Assembly: GCA_963771355.1 (NCBI GenBank)
Contig: CAVYTA010000006.1
Coordinates: 1,216,001 to 1,280,000, forward strand
Source: an uncultured Candidatus Rokubacteria bacterium
GTDB taxonomy: Bacteria; Methylomirabilota; Methylomirabilia; Rokubacteriales; CSP1-6
DNA length: 64,000 nt
Reading direction: 5' to 3'
The notes beneath the pieces were generated by a model, which did not search any database, had not been told where the DNA came from, and saw only the letters and a list, made by a program, of their open reading frames with translations. A program made the translations under genes and the position numbers. Shown in pieces: positions 51,455 through 61,076 of this stretch. The stretch's first letter is position 1; every line of letters starts with the position of its first letter.

Positions 51455-52300
51455 ATGGGCCAGATTGTGTTTGCCGGCGCGATGTCGCATGTCCTCGACC
51501 CCGACTACTACGACCGCGCCTGTGGAGCGGCCGGCCGCCAGAAGGTCACGGAGTGCATGGCGGAGATCGCGCGCATGGGCGAGCGCCTCACCGCGGCGCA
51601 ACCGGATGCTCTCATCGTGGTGGCCGACGACCATCTCAACGCCTTCTCGTTCAACGCGGTGCCGGCCATCTGCGTGCGCATCGGGCGAGACGTGCAGCGC
51701 ATGGTGCAGGACCACGCCGAAGCCTTCGACAAGGTGCTCGACCACATGCCGGAGCGGTATCCGCTCCACGAGGGCCTCGCCAACGAGATCCTGGAGCGGG
51801 GGATGGCGGCCGACTTCGACCTTGCGTTGTCGTGGGAGGCGCCGGTGGACCATGCCTTCCTGAGCCCGGTCAATACCATGCACGGCACCCGCCCCATCCC
51901 GCCCCTGGTGCCCATCTGGGTGAACTCCTTCGTCGCGCCCCAGCCCACCGCGCGGCGCTGCTTCGCGTTCGGGCGGCACATCGCAAAGGTCGTCGCCGCC
52001 GCGCCCTGGCGGGTGGGCATCATCGCCACCGGCGGGCTCTCGCATTTCCCGGAGCTGTCGCTGCCGCGCGTGGGCGAGACCGACACCGTGTTCGACCGGC
52101 GGCTCATCCACTGGATGGAGGCGGGCGAGCACGAGCCGCTGCAGGCGCTCACCGCGGACGAGCTGCACAAGGCCGGGGAGCACGAGTTCCTCAACTGGAT
52201 GGTCCTGCTCGGCGCCGTCTCCCCTGCCCGCGCCGCCGTGCGCTACTTCGGCGAGCTGCCGCGCATCAACCTCGCCGCGGTGGAGTGGAGCCTCGCGTGA
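51455..52300 (+). CDS. Extradiol dioxygenase class III, large subunit (LigB-like)
   Basis: MSH, DDH, VDHA, ATGGLSH, EFLNW. Confidence 0.85.
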   Translation: MGQIVFAGAMSHVLDPDYYDRACGAAGRQKVTECMAEIARMGERLTAAQPDALIVVADDHLNAFSFNAVPAICVRIGRDVQRMVQDHAEAFDKVLDHMPERYPLHEGLANEILERGMAADFDLALSWEAPVDHAFLSPVNTMHGTRPIPPLVPIWVNSFVAPQPTARRCFAFGRHIAKVVAAAPWRVGIIATGGLSHFPELSLPRVGETDTVFDRRLIHWMEAGEHEPLQALTADELHKAGEHEFLNWMVLLGAVSPARAAVRYFGELPRINLAAVEWSLA

Positions 52301-52512
52301 GCCGCTACGCGGTCAATAGCCTGCTCTACCGCCTGAAGAAGGACCCGGAGTACCGGGCGCGCTTCCTGGCGGACGCTCCTTCCGCGCTCGCCGGGCTGGA
52401 CCTCACCGAGGCCGAGCGCGCCGCCTTCGTCGCGCGTGACATGCGGCGGATCAACGAGCTGGGTGGGTATCTCCATCTCGTCATGTCCGTGCCCGGCCTC
52501 GCCGCTCACTGA
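52297..52512 (+). CDS. LigA-like small subunit
   Basis: YAVNSLLYRL...RARFLAD...LTEAERAAF...ELG; GTGA overlap. Confidence 0.8.
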   Translation: MSRYAVNSLLYRLKKDPEYRARFLADAPSALAGLDLTEAERAAFVARDMRRINELGGYLHLVMSVPGLAAH

Positions 52513-52650
52513 CTGACTGCCCAGCCCGCTGTGCAACGGGCGGTCACCCCGTGTGCCACATTGCGTAAATCGCAGGCGTTTTTCCGTCAACTGTGGCGGC
52601 TCGAGTACCCGATATCGTTGAAATATCGGATGTCACGCATCGCGTCAGCA

Positions 52651-52667
52651 CTGGCACGGATCTGGCT
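52651..52667 (+). promoter_or_regulatory. Sigma54-type promoter
   Basis: CTGGCACGGATCTGGCT (GG-N10-GC); AT-rich CCGATATCGTTGAAATATCGG just upstream. Confidence 0.6.
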
Positions 52668-52693
52668 TCTCCTGAGGGGCAAAGGAGATTGCC

Positions 52694-52918
52694 ATGATCG
52701 GAATCGAGACGGTGGGGCTCTTGCTGATGGGCGGGATGTACGCGGGGCTGGTGGTATCTCAGATCTCGGGGGCCGGCCCCCGGCCGGCGTCCAGCGATCC
52801 GGCCGAGAGCGCGCCGCTGCCCGCGCGCAGCCCGGTGGTGGGCGGCGACTTCGTGGACCCGACGGAGACCGACCGCCGGATGCAGGTCGAGCAGGCGCGC
52901 TGGCGGCTGCTCTGCTAG
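52694..52918 (+). CDS. Small hypothetical membrane-anchored protein
   Basis: AAGGAG RBS, N-terminal hydrophobic segment. Confidence 0.7.
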   Translation: MIGIETVGLLLMGGMYAGLVVSQISGAGPRPASSDPAESAPLPARSPVVGGDFVDPTETDRRMQVEQARWRLLC

Positions 52919-52919
52919 C

Positions 52920-54710
52920 TCAGCCCAGGAAGTAGCGGCGCGGATCGAAGAGGCGGATCAGCCCCAGCTCCTCATCCGTGGGCGCCGCGAAGCGGCGGAG
53001 TCGCGGCGCCACCTGCAGATCCCACCCGCAGGCGGCGCGCGCGGCCTGCGCCGCTTCAGCCTCCGGCGCCGTCCCCAGGATTCCCGTCAGGCGGAGCTCC
53101 CCGTGCTCCCCGTCCTTCTCGTAGACCCCGAGCTGGGACACCACCGTGCGCACGGTGCGGCCGGGCGCGGTGATGTAGGGCACCTTGTCCACGAAGCGTC
53201 GCGCCGACTGCTCGAGGCAAACCACCACCTCGCGCGCGGACGAGGTGATGTCGTTGGCTCCGCCCGAGCCGGTGACATAGGTCACCCCGGGGATGATGGT
53301 CGAGTTGATATTGCCGTGCTTGTCGATCTGCCCCGCCGCCAGCGAGCCCAGGCACTGGTTGTGGCGGCCGCCCATGAAGATCCCCATCACGTGGAGGATG
53401 TCGGTGAGCATCTTGCAGGAGGGGAAGTTGCGGAAGGAGAAGACGAAGGGCTCGGCCGGCCGCGGGAGATACCCGACCATGCCGGTCTCCGCCATGATCT
53501 CGATGTCCACGCCGGCGCGCTTCAGCTCGTAGCCGGCCAGCCAGGCGGCCAGGTTCGAGTTCCCCACGCCGGCGAGAAAGGTCCGGTAACCGCGCGCGCG
53601 CACTTTCTCCGCGAGCATCCGGGCGGCGGCGGTGACGGCCAGCTCGGCCCCGGTGGGCGCCGGGCCCCCGCTCGAGCGTGGGACCGGGAGCCGGCTCGCG
53701 AGCGACTCCAGCTCGGACACCCAGGCGTCGGTGTGGGCGCGGCCCTTGGTCTCCATGATCTTGGCGTAGCCCACCTTGGCGAGATACGCGGCGTGATCCG
53801 GCAGGTCGAGCATCCACTCCCGGATCCAGGCGTCCGCGGTCTCGGGCTTCCGGAAGGCCTGGCGGCACTCCAGGATCCAGTCGATGTCCTCCGCGTAGCT
53901 CTCGAGCTCGGGCACGTTCATGCCCCACATGCCGCCCGGGTGGTTGCCATGCGGCGTCTCCACCACCGCCTGCACGTACTGGGCGGGGAGGCGAACGAGA
54001 TTCGCGTGGCGGCGGATGAAGTCGGTGGAGACGATCTTCTCCACCGTGACGATGGCGCCGCGGCGCGCGGCCATGGCGCCGTAGAGATTCTCGTTGAGGG
54101 GCGGCGCGGCGATGAGATTGCCCGAGCGATCGGCGGCCCAGGCATGGATGAGGGCCATGTCGGGCACCAGGGCGCGGACGAAGGCCACGCGGCCCTCGGT
54201 GCCGAAGGGATCGTCGGCGACGATGAGGTCGCCGGCGCGCGCGTTGTCCTCCTCCATCGAGGAGCCCAGCAGCGAGCGCGTGGGCAGGAACGGCACGCCC
54301 ATGGCGCCGGCAAGGAGCCGCAGCGGGAAGGTCAGCATGGACCAGTTGGAGACGTCGAGCCGTCCGTCCAGCACCGCGCGCGAGATGAGCGGCTGCGGCG
54401 TGGGGAACGGATAACCTTCGCCCATGAAGGTGGTGATCACGCGGCGGACGAGGCCGCCGTGGATGAGCGCCGTCCAGGGGGAGCCGAGGCCGACGGTGGC
54501 GACGGTGAAGTTCGGTCGCCGGCCCCACCACTGACGGACCAGCTCGCGAATGAGCGGGTTGGCGCGGCCATGCGCGGCGCCGAGATAAAGGGTGTCGCCG
54601 GCGCGCACGTGCCGCCCGACCGCCTCGGCCAAAGTGGTGAGCTTGTCCGGCCCCTCGTGGGGGGGCACGTCGAGGCGGCGTGCGATCAGCTCTTGATAGT
54701 GGGAGTCCAT
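52920..54710 (-). CDS. Family I CoA-transferase with fused alpha+beta subunits (glutaconate CoA-transferase-like)
   Basis: GVPFLPTRSLLGS, ADRSGN, AETG, GQIDKHGNINST, GSGGAND. Confidence 0.85.
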   Translation of the reverse strand: MDSHYQELIARRLDVPPHEGPDKLTTLAEAVGRHVRAGDTLYLGAAHGRANPLIRELVRQWWGRRPNFTVATVGLGSPWTALIHGGLVRRVITTFMGEGYPFPTPQPLISRAVLDGRLDVSNWSMLTFPLRLLAGAMGVPFLPTRSLLGSSMEEDNARAGDLIVADDPFGTEGRVAFVRALVPDMALIHAWAADRSGNLIAAPPLNENLYGAMAARRGAIVTVEKIVSTDFIRRHANLVRLPAQYVQAVVETPHGNHPGGMWGMNVPELESYAEDIDWILECRQAFRKPETADAWIREWMLDLPDHAAYLAKVGYAKIMETKGRAHTDAWVSELESLASRLPVPRSSGGPAPTGAELAVTAAARMLAEKVRARGYRTFLAGVGNSNLAAWLAGYELKRAGVDIEIMAETGMVGYLPRPAEPFVFSFRNFPSCKMLTDILHVMGIFMGGRHNQCLGSLAAGQIDKHGNINSTIIPGVTYVTGSGGANDITSSAREVVVCLEQSARRFVDKVPYITAPGRTVRTVVSQLGVYEKDGEHGELRLTGILGTAPEAEAAQAARAACGWDLQVAPRLRRFAAPTDEELGLIRLFDPRRYFLG

Positions 54711-55063
54711 ATCCTCCTCTTGACGCGCGAGGGGACCCAGCGGGCCAGGCGCTTCGCCACGGCGGCGGTGGCGTCCAGTGACGCCGGATCGCCCGGCCAG
54801 TATTTCAGGACGATCGACCGGTCGAGCACGTTCAGGAGCCCGTCCAGCACCACCGCCACCAGGAGGGCGTCGTCGAGATAGCCGACGATGGGGAGGAAGT
54901 CGGGGATGAGATCGATGGGGCTGGCCAGGTACACCGCCACCGCCGTCAGCGCAATCTTCGCGGCGCGGGGTACCGCGCGGTCGGCGAGGAGGCCGGTCAG
55001 CATTCGCGCAAGCCGGGGCAGCAGGAGCACCAGTTGCTGGATCGCGCGGAACGGCCCGTTCAC
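54686..55063 (-). CDS. YkvA/DUF1232 family membrane protein
   Basis: YLASPIDLIPDFLPIVGYLDD. Confidence 0.9.
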   Translation of the reverse strand: MNGPFRAIQQLVLLLPRLARMLTGLLADRAVPRAAKIALTAVAVYLASPIDLIPDFLPIVGYLDDALLVAVVLDGLLNVLDRSIVLKYWPGDPASLDATAAVAKRLARWVPSRVKRRIWTPTIKS

Positions 55064-55067
55064 GACG

Positions 55068-57062
55068 CTACTCGAGGCTCTCCGCGACGAGCTCGGCGAT
55101 GTCCTTCACCTGCAGGCGCTCCTCCGCCCCCACGACTTTTCGCCCCAGGTCCACCATTGCGAGGCAGAAGGGGCAGGCGCTCGCGACCACGTCCGGCGCG
55201 ACGGACAGCGCCTCCTCCACTCGGATGACGTTGACGCGCTTCTTGGCCGGCGTCTCCATCCACATCTGCCCGCCCCCGCCCCCGCAGCAGAGCCCGCGCT
55301 CGCGGTTGCGCGGCATCTCGATGAGCTTGAGGCCCGGCACGTAGATCGCGGTCTCGCGGGGCGCATCGAAGATCCCGTTGTACCGGCCCAGATAGCAGGA
55401 GTCGTGAAAGGCCACCGTCTTGTCCAGCGGCTTGGTGGGCGTGATGCGGCCCTCGCGAAGCAGCTCGCGGATGACCACCGAGTGGTGGAGCACCTCGAAG
55501 CTCCCGTCGAACTGCGGGTACTCGTTCTTGATGGTGTTGAAGCAGTGCGGGCAGTGGGTGATGACCTTCTCGAACGCGTACTGCTTGATGTGGCCGACGT
55601 TCTCCTCGGTCACCATCTGGTAGAGGTACTCGTTGCCCAGCCGCCGGGCCACCTCCCCGTGGCAGCGCTCCTCGGCCATGACCCCGAAGGACACCCCCGC
55701 CCGCTTGAGGATCTTGACCACCGACCGCGCGATGGCCTGGTTGCGGCGGTCGTAGGAGGCCGAGCAGCCCACCCAGTAGAGGAACTCCACCGGCTTGCCC
55801 GGCTCCAGCACGGGGACGTCCAGCCCCTCCGTCCACGCGAGCCGCTCGGTGGGCGCGAGGCCCCAGGGATTGCCCGCCCGCTCGATGTTCTGAAGGGTCA
55901 TGGGCGCGGTGGACGGGAGCGTGCCCTCCGAGAGCGTGAGGAAGCGCCGGAGGTCGATGATGGTGTCCACGATGTCGATGTGGGCGGGGCACTCCTCCAC
56001 GCACGCCATGCAGGTGGTGCAGGCCCAGAGCTCGTCGGCCTGGATGACGTCGCCGTGCAGGGGCCGGGTGTCGCCGTCCAGCATGTAGCGCTTCAGCTTG
56101 ACGATGACCGCCTTGGGGTTCAGCGCGCTGCCGGACAGATAGGCGGGGCACGCGTCCTGGCAGCGGCCGCACTCCACGCAGGCGTCGAAGTCCAGCCGCC
56201 GCTTCCAGGAGAACTCCTCGAACTTGGAGATGCCGAGGCTCTCCGCCTCCTCGATGTTCTCGATCTTGGCGATGGCGCCGCGGGGGCCCAGCTTGGAGAA
56301 GAAGATGTTCAGAGGGGTGGTGATCAGGTGCATGAAGTACGAGTGCGGGACCAGCGCGATGAAAGCGAGCGCCACCACCGCGTGGAAGAGCCAGACTCCC
56401 AGGTAGAGGCTGCGTAACGCGCCCTCCCCGAGCCCCACCCCCAGGAACATCTGCCCCAGCGCGTAGCCCACCGGGGACCACGGCGCCCACCACGGCTTCA
56501 CCACCGCCAGCCGGCACGCCTCCATCACGAACCCGGTGGCGTTGATCACGAACAGAATGAGAAGCGCGTAGGCGAACTGGGGGGCGGGATCCACCCGCGC
56601 CGGCCGCTTGATGAAGCGGCGGTAGCACGCCATGCCGAGCCCCACCACGAAGAAGAGGCCGAACATGTCCAGCACCAGCTCGTAGAAGAGGTAGAAGTTC
56701 CCCTTGAGCAGCTTCACCCCCAGGAGCGGGAGTGTGATGTCGTAGTCGATGGTCGCCAGCACCGTGCCCATGAACAGCGCCAGGAAGCCCCAGAACACGG
56801 TGGCGTGCATGATGCCGGGGTAGGCCTGCGAGAGGACGCGAACCTGGAGGAGGCCGTAGGTGATGACCAGCCCCACCCGGGTGGGCAGGTGATCCCAGCG
56901 CATCTCGTAGCGGCCGCCCATCCAGATGCGCGCGCGCCGGCTCAGTCCCCACGCGAAGGCGGCCACCGCCAGCGCGCCGCCGATGTAGAGCGCGATCTGC
57001 GCCCACGACGGGACATTCCAGAACGTGTCGCGAAAGGGCAGGTCACCGTAGAGGGGGTTCAT
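55068..57062 (-). CDS. Membrane Fe-S oxidoreductase (FadF / heterodisulfide-reductase-related)
   Basis: TM domain with His residues, CVECGRCQDACP, CTTCMACVEECP, CCG-type domains (HDSC, CCGGG, CPFC). Confidence 0.92.
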   Translation of the reverse strand: MNPLYGDLPFRDTFWNVPSWAQIALYIGGALAVAAFAWGLSRRARIWMGGRYEMRWDHLPTRVGLVITYGLLQVRVLSQAYPGIMHATVFWGFLALFMGTVLATIDYDITLPLLGVKLLKGNFYLFYELVLDMFGLFFVVGLGMACYRRFIKRPARVDPAPQFAYALLILFVINATGFVMEACRLAVVKPWWAPWSPVGYALGQMFLGVGLGEGALRSLYLGVWLFHAVVALAFIALVPHSYFMHLITTPLNIFFSKLGPRGAIAKIENIEEAESLGISKFEEFSWKRRLDFDACVECGRCQDACPAYLSGSALNPKAVIVKLKRYMLDGDTRPLHGDVIQADELWACTTCMACVEECPAHIDIVDTIIDLRRFLTLSEGTLPSTAPMTLQNIERAGNPWGLAPTERLAWTEGLDVPVLEPGKPVEFLYWVGCSASYDRRNQAIARSVVKILKRAGVSFGVMAEERCHGEVARRLGNEYLYQMVTEENVGHIKQYAFEKVITHCPHCFNTIKNEYPQFDGSFEVLHHSVVIRELLREGRITPTKPLDKTVAFHDSCYLGRYNGIFDAPRETAIYVPGLKLIEMPRNRERGLCCGGGGGQMWMETPAKKRVNVIRVEEALSVAPDVVASACPFCLAMVDLGRKVVGAEERLQVKDIAELVAESLE

Positions 57063-57241
57063 GGCCCGAACAGAATCCGTTGGGTCTTCCGAGTTGTCAA
57101 GAGTTTGACCGCGACGACCGCACTCGCCACAGATGACTCCGACGACGTCGTGGAAGATGAATCGGTCAGGACCGCGACCGCATCCGCGACGCTTACAAGA
57201 CCGCCGGCGTCGCGGAAGGACTCTGGGAGGCGGCGTCGAAG

Positions 57242-58252
57242 CTACTGGACCACGTGGTCGGCGCGGGCGGTGATGGCTTGCGGGATCGTCAACCCCAGGC
57301 TGGCGGCGACCTTGAGGTTGACCACCAGCTCGAGGTGGGTCGGCTGCTCGGCGGGCAGCGTAGCCGGCTTGGCGCCCTTGAGGATCCGATCCACGAAGAA
57401 GGCCACGCGCCGGCTGAGCCCGATGAGGCTCGGACCGTAGGACGCAAGCCCGCCCCTGTCCACGTACTCGCGCAGCTCGTAGATCGCCGGTATCCGGTGC
57501 TTCACGGCCAGCTCGACTATCTGCCGCGATGTGGTCCATGTCAGCGGGTCGGTCACCACCGTGAGCCCCTCGACCCGCTCTTGGGTCATGGCGGTGAACG
57601 CAGGCGGGATCTCGGACTCCGACCGCACAGGGAGCGACAGGAGTGTCACACTCAGCTGCCGCGCCGTCGCGTCGGTCTCCCGGAAGCCGAGGATGCCCGC
57701 CGGATTGGCCGGGTTCCACAGCACGGCCACGCGAGTGGCGCGCGGCACGATTTGCTTGAGCATCTCCAGCCGCTTGCCGGAGAGCTCGGTTGACAGGGCG
57801 CCGATCCCGGTGATGTTGCCTCCGGGCCGGGCCAGGCTGGAGATGAAGCCAAGCCCGACCGCGTCACCCACGGCCATCATGACGATCGGAATGGTGCTCG
57901 TCGCCCGTCGAGCGGCTTCGACGGCGGGATCGGCAACCGCGACGATGACATCCACCTTCAGCCGGGCCAAGTCTTCGGCGCTGGCCGTGAGTGCGGCGCG
58001 GCGTTCCGGCTGGGTCGTCGCCGTCAGGGGCGCGAATCGATACTCGACTTTGATGTTTTTGCCCTCGACCCAGCCCAGCTCGCCCATCGCCTCGCGACCC
58101 GCATTGAGATAGGGCATGGCGAAGGCGATCGGCCCGCCCCACAGCACGCCGACGCTCGGCATCCGTCCGGCCGCGGGCTGAGCCGGCGCGGGCGGGGCGA
58201 GCGTGAGGAGCGCCGCCAGCGTCACGACTACCCGGAGCCACGTCGATCTCAT
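57242..58252 (-). CDS. ABC transporter substrate-binding protein (orphan)
   Basis: LGWVEGKNI, RPGGNITG, GGLASYG, ILKGAKPATLP. Confidence 0.9.
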   Translation of the reverse strand: MRSTWLRVVVTLAALLTLAPPAPAQPAAGRMPSVGVLWGGPIAFAMPYLNAGREAMGELGWVEGKNIKVEYRFAPLTATTQPERRAALTASAEDLARLKVDVIVAVADPAVEAARRATSTIPIVMMAVGDAVGLGFISSLARPGGNITGIGALSTELSGKRLEMLKQIVPRATRVAVLWNPANPAGILGFRETDATARQLSVTLLSLPVRSESEIPPAFTAMTQERVEGLTVVTDPLTWTTSRQIVELAVKHRIPAIYELREYVDRGGLASYGPSLIGLSRRVAFFVDRILKGAKPATLPAEQPTHLELVVNLKVAASLGLTIPQAITARADHVVQ

Positions 58253-58308
58253 CGGGGATCCTCCGCGAGGACAACCGGTTCCTTATACCACATCCTTCGT
58301 GGGGAGGC

Positions 58309-58341
58309 GGGAGGGCGCTCCCAGGGAAGAAGCGCCCTCCC
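58309..58341. terminator. Hairpin after the cytochrome genes
   Basis: GGGAGGGCGCT-N11-AGCGCCCTCCC. Confidence 0.55.
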
Positions 58342-58362
58342 ACCGTGACGCGACGGCGAGCG

Positions 58363-58839
58363 CTAGCTCTTGATTTCCGGTCCGCGGAACGCGTTGTGAC
58401 AGGCCCCGCAGGACGTGCGGCCCATCTCGGTCACGGCGGCCTGCGTGGCCGCCTGGTCCTTGCCCCGCGCGATGCCCCTGACCTTCTTCGCCTGGTCCTC
58501 CAGACTCTTGGCGTAGCCATCGAACTCCGCCCGCTTCTGCCAGATCTCCGGCTTCGCCCGCGACTTCGGCGAGGTCGAGCCCGGCGGGAAGAGCGCGGGG
58601 ATCTGCTTGGCAGTGCTCGCGAGCACTTCCGCATCGGCCGCGACGGCCTCGACATTGCCGGCCCGCAGCTTGGCCGTGATGTCGGTCATGGCCTGCCCCT
58701 GACGCTTCATGAGCGCCTGTCGGTCGGCGATGACGTCGCCGGAGCCCGCCATCTTCTTGTCGCCGCTGGCGCAGCCGGCGATGAGACCCGCGGCCAGACT
58801 TCCCACGACCAGGGTCACGGTGATTGCCCGTCGCTTCAT
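58363..58839 (-). CDS. Cytochrome c'/c556 (class II), probable lipoprotein
   Basis: IAGC lipobox, RQALMK, AKPEIW, C-terminal CGACH. Confidence 0.9.
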   Translation of the reverse strand: MKRRAITVTLVVGSLAAGLIAGCASGDKKMAGSGDVIADRQALMKRQGQAMTDITAKLRAGNVEAVAADAEVLASTAKQIPALFPPGSTSPKSRAKPEIWQKRAEFDGYAKSLEDQAKKVRGIARGKDQAATQAAVTEMGRTSCGACHNAFRGPEIKS

Positions 58840-58875
58840 ATCGCCTCCTTGGCTAGAGGGCACTGCACGCCGCCG

Positions 58876-59760
58876 CTACTTCCCGATCTTGTTGTGGACC
58901 GGCGGGATGGACTTGAGGTAGTGGGCGATGGCGAGACGATCCGCCTTCGTGAGGTCCTTGTATCCGGCGGTGGTCCCGTGGATCACCTCGGCCATCAGAC
59001 CCGACGCGACGTCGCCGTCGGCCTTGTTCCCGGTGCCGAGATAGTCGGCGATCTGATCCACCGTCCAGGTGAGCCCGGTGGTCTTGTCGGGCGTGATGTT
59101 CGGGACCTCGGAGTCCTCGGGTCCCTTGGGGTTGCCGGCCAGGAAGCGCGAGTTGTCGGTGGCCATGGTCATGGTCCGGGGAGTATGACACTCCCCGCAG
59201 TGCGACACCGCCCGCACGAGATACTCGCCGCGCGCGACGCCGCCGGTGGGCGCGGTGGGCGGCGGCGTCTCCTTCGGCGCGAAGGCGGCCAGCCAGGCGG
59301 GCAGGAACACCGACTCGAACATCGGCACCGTGATCTGCTTCGGCTGGTTCGGCCGGTTGACCGGAGGCAGGCTGCGGAGATAGGCGGTCACGGCCTTGAG
59401 GTCGCCCTCGGCCATGCCGTTGAACACGGTATACGGATGCACGGGCAGGAGCCGCTCGCCGTTGGGGCGGCGTCCCAGGCGGATGGCGGTGATGATCTGC
59501 TCATCCGTCCAGGAGCCGATGCCCGTCTTGGGATCGGGAGTGATATTGCTGGAGAAGACGGTCCCGAAGGGCCCGTCGTACTTGCGGCCGCCCGCGTTGA
59601 CGGGCTGCTTGGGCACGGTGTGACAGCCGCACCCACCGGTGGCCCCGAAGACATACTTCCCCCGGGCCAGCTCCGCGGCGCTGGGAGCCTGGGCGGCCGC
59701 CGGGGCGACCCCGGCCAGCGCCATCCCGACCAAAGCAAGCAGACCAAGGACGTGGCCCAT
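58876..59760 (-). CDS. Diheme cytochrome c
   Basis: Signal peptide, ARGKY..GGCGCHT, NITPDPKTGIG, ARGEYL..HCGECHTPR. Confidence 0.9.
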   Translation of the reverse strand: MGHVLGLLALVGMALAGVAPAAAQAPSAAELARGKYVFGATGGCGCHTVPKQPVNAGGRKYDGPFGTVFSSNITPDPKTGIGSWTDEQIITAIRLGRRPNGERLLPVHPYTVFNGMAEGDLKAVTAYLRSLPPVNRPNQPKQITVPMFESVFLPAWLAAFAPKETPPPTAPTGGVARGEYLVRAVSHCGECHTPRTMTMATDNSRFLAGNPKGPEDSEVPNITPDKTTGLTWTVDQIADYLGTGNKADGDVASGLMAEVIHGTTAGYKDLTKADRLAIAHYLKSIPPVHNKIGK

Positions 59761-59825
59761 GAACTCCCCCAGTAACTGGTGACGAGGCGCCGGAGTTCCC
59801 CTGGGGACGCGACCGAGACTGGCGA

Positions 59826-60299
59826 TCAGCCGCCTCCGTCCAGGCGGGCCTCGGCCAGGCGGGTCTCCATGACGAGCGCGTCCTCGCCGGTGTCGAAGTA
59901 GTACCCCTTCCGCCGGCCGATCACGCTGAAGCCCAGGCTCTCGTAGAGCCCCAGGGCCTCCGAGTTGGTGGGGCGCACTTCCAGGAACGCGAGCGTGACG
60001 CCGCGGCCGCGGCCGTCCTCCAGCACGCTCTGGATCAGGCTCCGGGCCAGCCCCTGGCGTCGCCGGTCGGGATGCACGGCCAGGTTGGTGATGTGGATCT
60101 CGTGACCGATCTCCCACAGGCAGAGATAGCCGAGCAACCGGCCCTCGAGACGGATGACCAGGCAGCGGGCCACCCGATTCTGCATGATCTCGTACCGGAA
60201 GGCGGCGCGCGACCACGGCGTCTTGAACGACAGGCGCTCGATGTCGAGGACCTCGTCGAGGTCCTCCAGCGCCATGGGGGCGAGCGCCAGCGCTCGCAT
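59826..60299 (-). CDS. rimI: Ribosomal protein S18-alanine N-acetyltransferase
   Basis: HITNLAVHP, LEVRPTN, RRKGYY..GEDALVM; follows tsaB. Confidence 0.92.
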   Translation of the reverse strand: MRALALAPMALEDLDEVLDIERLSFKTPWSRAAFRYEIMQNRVARCLVIRLEGRLLGYLCLWEIGHEIHITNLAVHPDRRRQGLARSLIQSVLEDGRGRGVTLAFLEVRPTNSEALGLYESLGFSVIGRRKGYYFDTGEDALVMETRLAEARLDGGG

Positions 60300-60985
60300 C
60301 ACGCGGTTCGCCGCGCCTTGAGCTCGGCCTCGGACGGCCGCAGGTAGAGGGGCGTCACCGCCTCCGCCGCGATCCCGTGACCGGCGGCGAGCATGGCGTG
60401 CCCGAGCTGGGCCACCGTGGCCGGCGAGGGCAGCCGCCGCGCCGGCGGCGCCTCGCGCACGCCCCCGCCCATCCGCGCCAGATACGGACGGCACGCGGGC
60501 ACTCCGTCGCCCAGCACGATGACGGGCGCCACCAGCTTCGCCGCCACCGCCTCGGGCGAGAGCGCCAGATAGTCCCACTCGCGTGTCATCTCGCACTCCC
60601 GCCACCGGTAGAGCGAGCAGAAGACCTCACCCTTGCGCGCGTCGAGCAGGGGGCAGACCGGCGCGTCCGCGAAGGGCAGCGTCGCGGCCAGCGCGTCGAG
60701 CGTGGGCACCGGGGCCACCGGCAGCCCCAGCGCCAGGGCCAGGCCCTTGACGGTGGCGATGCCCACGCGGAGCCCCGTGAACGAGCCGGGGCCGATGGAA
60801 ACCGCGAGCCCCTCCAGCTCCTTTGCCGACCAGCCACAGTCGGTCAGCAGCCGGTCCACCACCACCATCAGGCGCTCGGAGTGCGTGAGCGCGATGGACA
60901 CCGTGGTCTCTCCCACGAGGCGGTCACCGTCCAGCAGCGCGGCGCCTCCCGAGAGGGTGGCCGACTCGATCGCCAGGATCTTCAT
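60299..60985 (-). CDS. tsaB: t6A biosynthesis protein TsaB
   Basis: ILAIES, HSERL, GPGSFTGLRVG, DARKGEV, PLYLR. Confidence 0.95.
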   Translation of the reverse strand: MKILAIESATLSGGAALLDGDRLVGETTVSIALTHSERLMVVVDRLLTDCGWSAKELEGLAVSIGPGSFTGLRVGIATVKGLALALGLPVAPVPTLDALAATLPFADAPVCPLLDARKGEVFCSLYRWRECEMTREWDYLALSPEAVAAKLVAPVIVLGDGVPACRPYLARMGGGVREAPPARRLPSPATVAQLGHAMLAAGHGIAAEAVTPLYLRPSEAELKARRTA

Positions 60986-61076
60986 CGCCGGGCCAGTTTA
61001 CCCGCGTATCTTTCCGGTTGACAAGGCAGCGCCCGGATTCCATTCTGACCGCCAACCCCTCTGGAAGGAGCCCTGA

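Noticed and set aside
57105..57218. GACCGCGAC direct repeats and a TCCGCGACGC/GCGTCGCGGA inverted repeat as an ncRNA
   Set aside because: Too short and GC-rich to distinguish from chance or a simple terminator.
57063..57719. N-terminal extension of the Fe-S oxidoreductase to 883 aa
   Set aside because: It overlaps the SBP gene in another frame, and a TTGACA promoter element at 57095-57100 supports the start at 57062.
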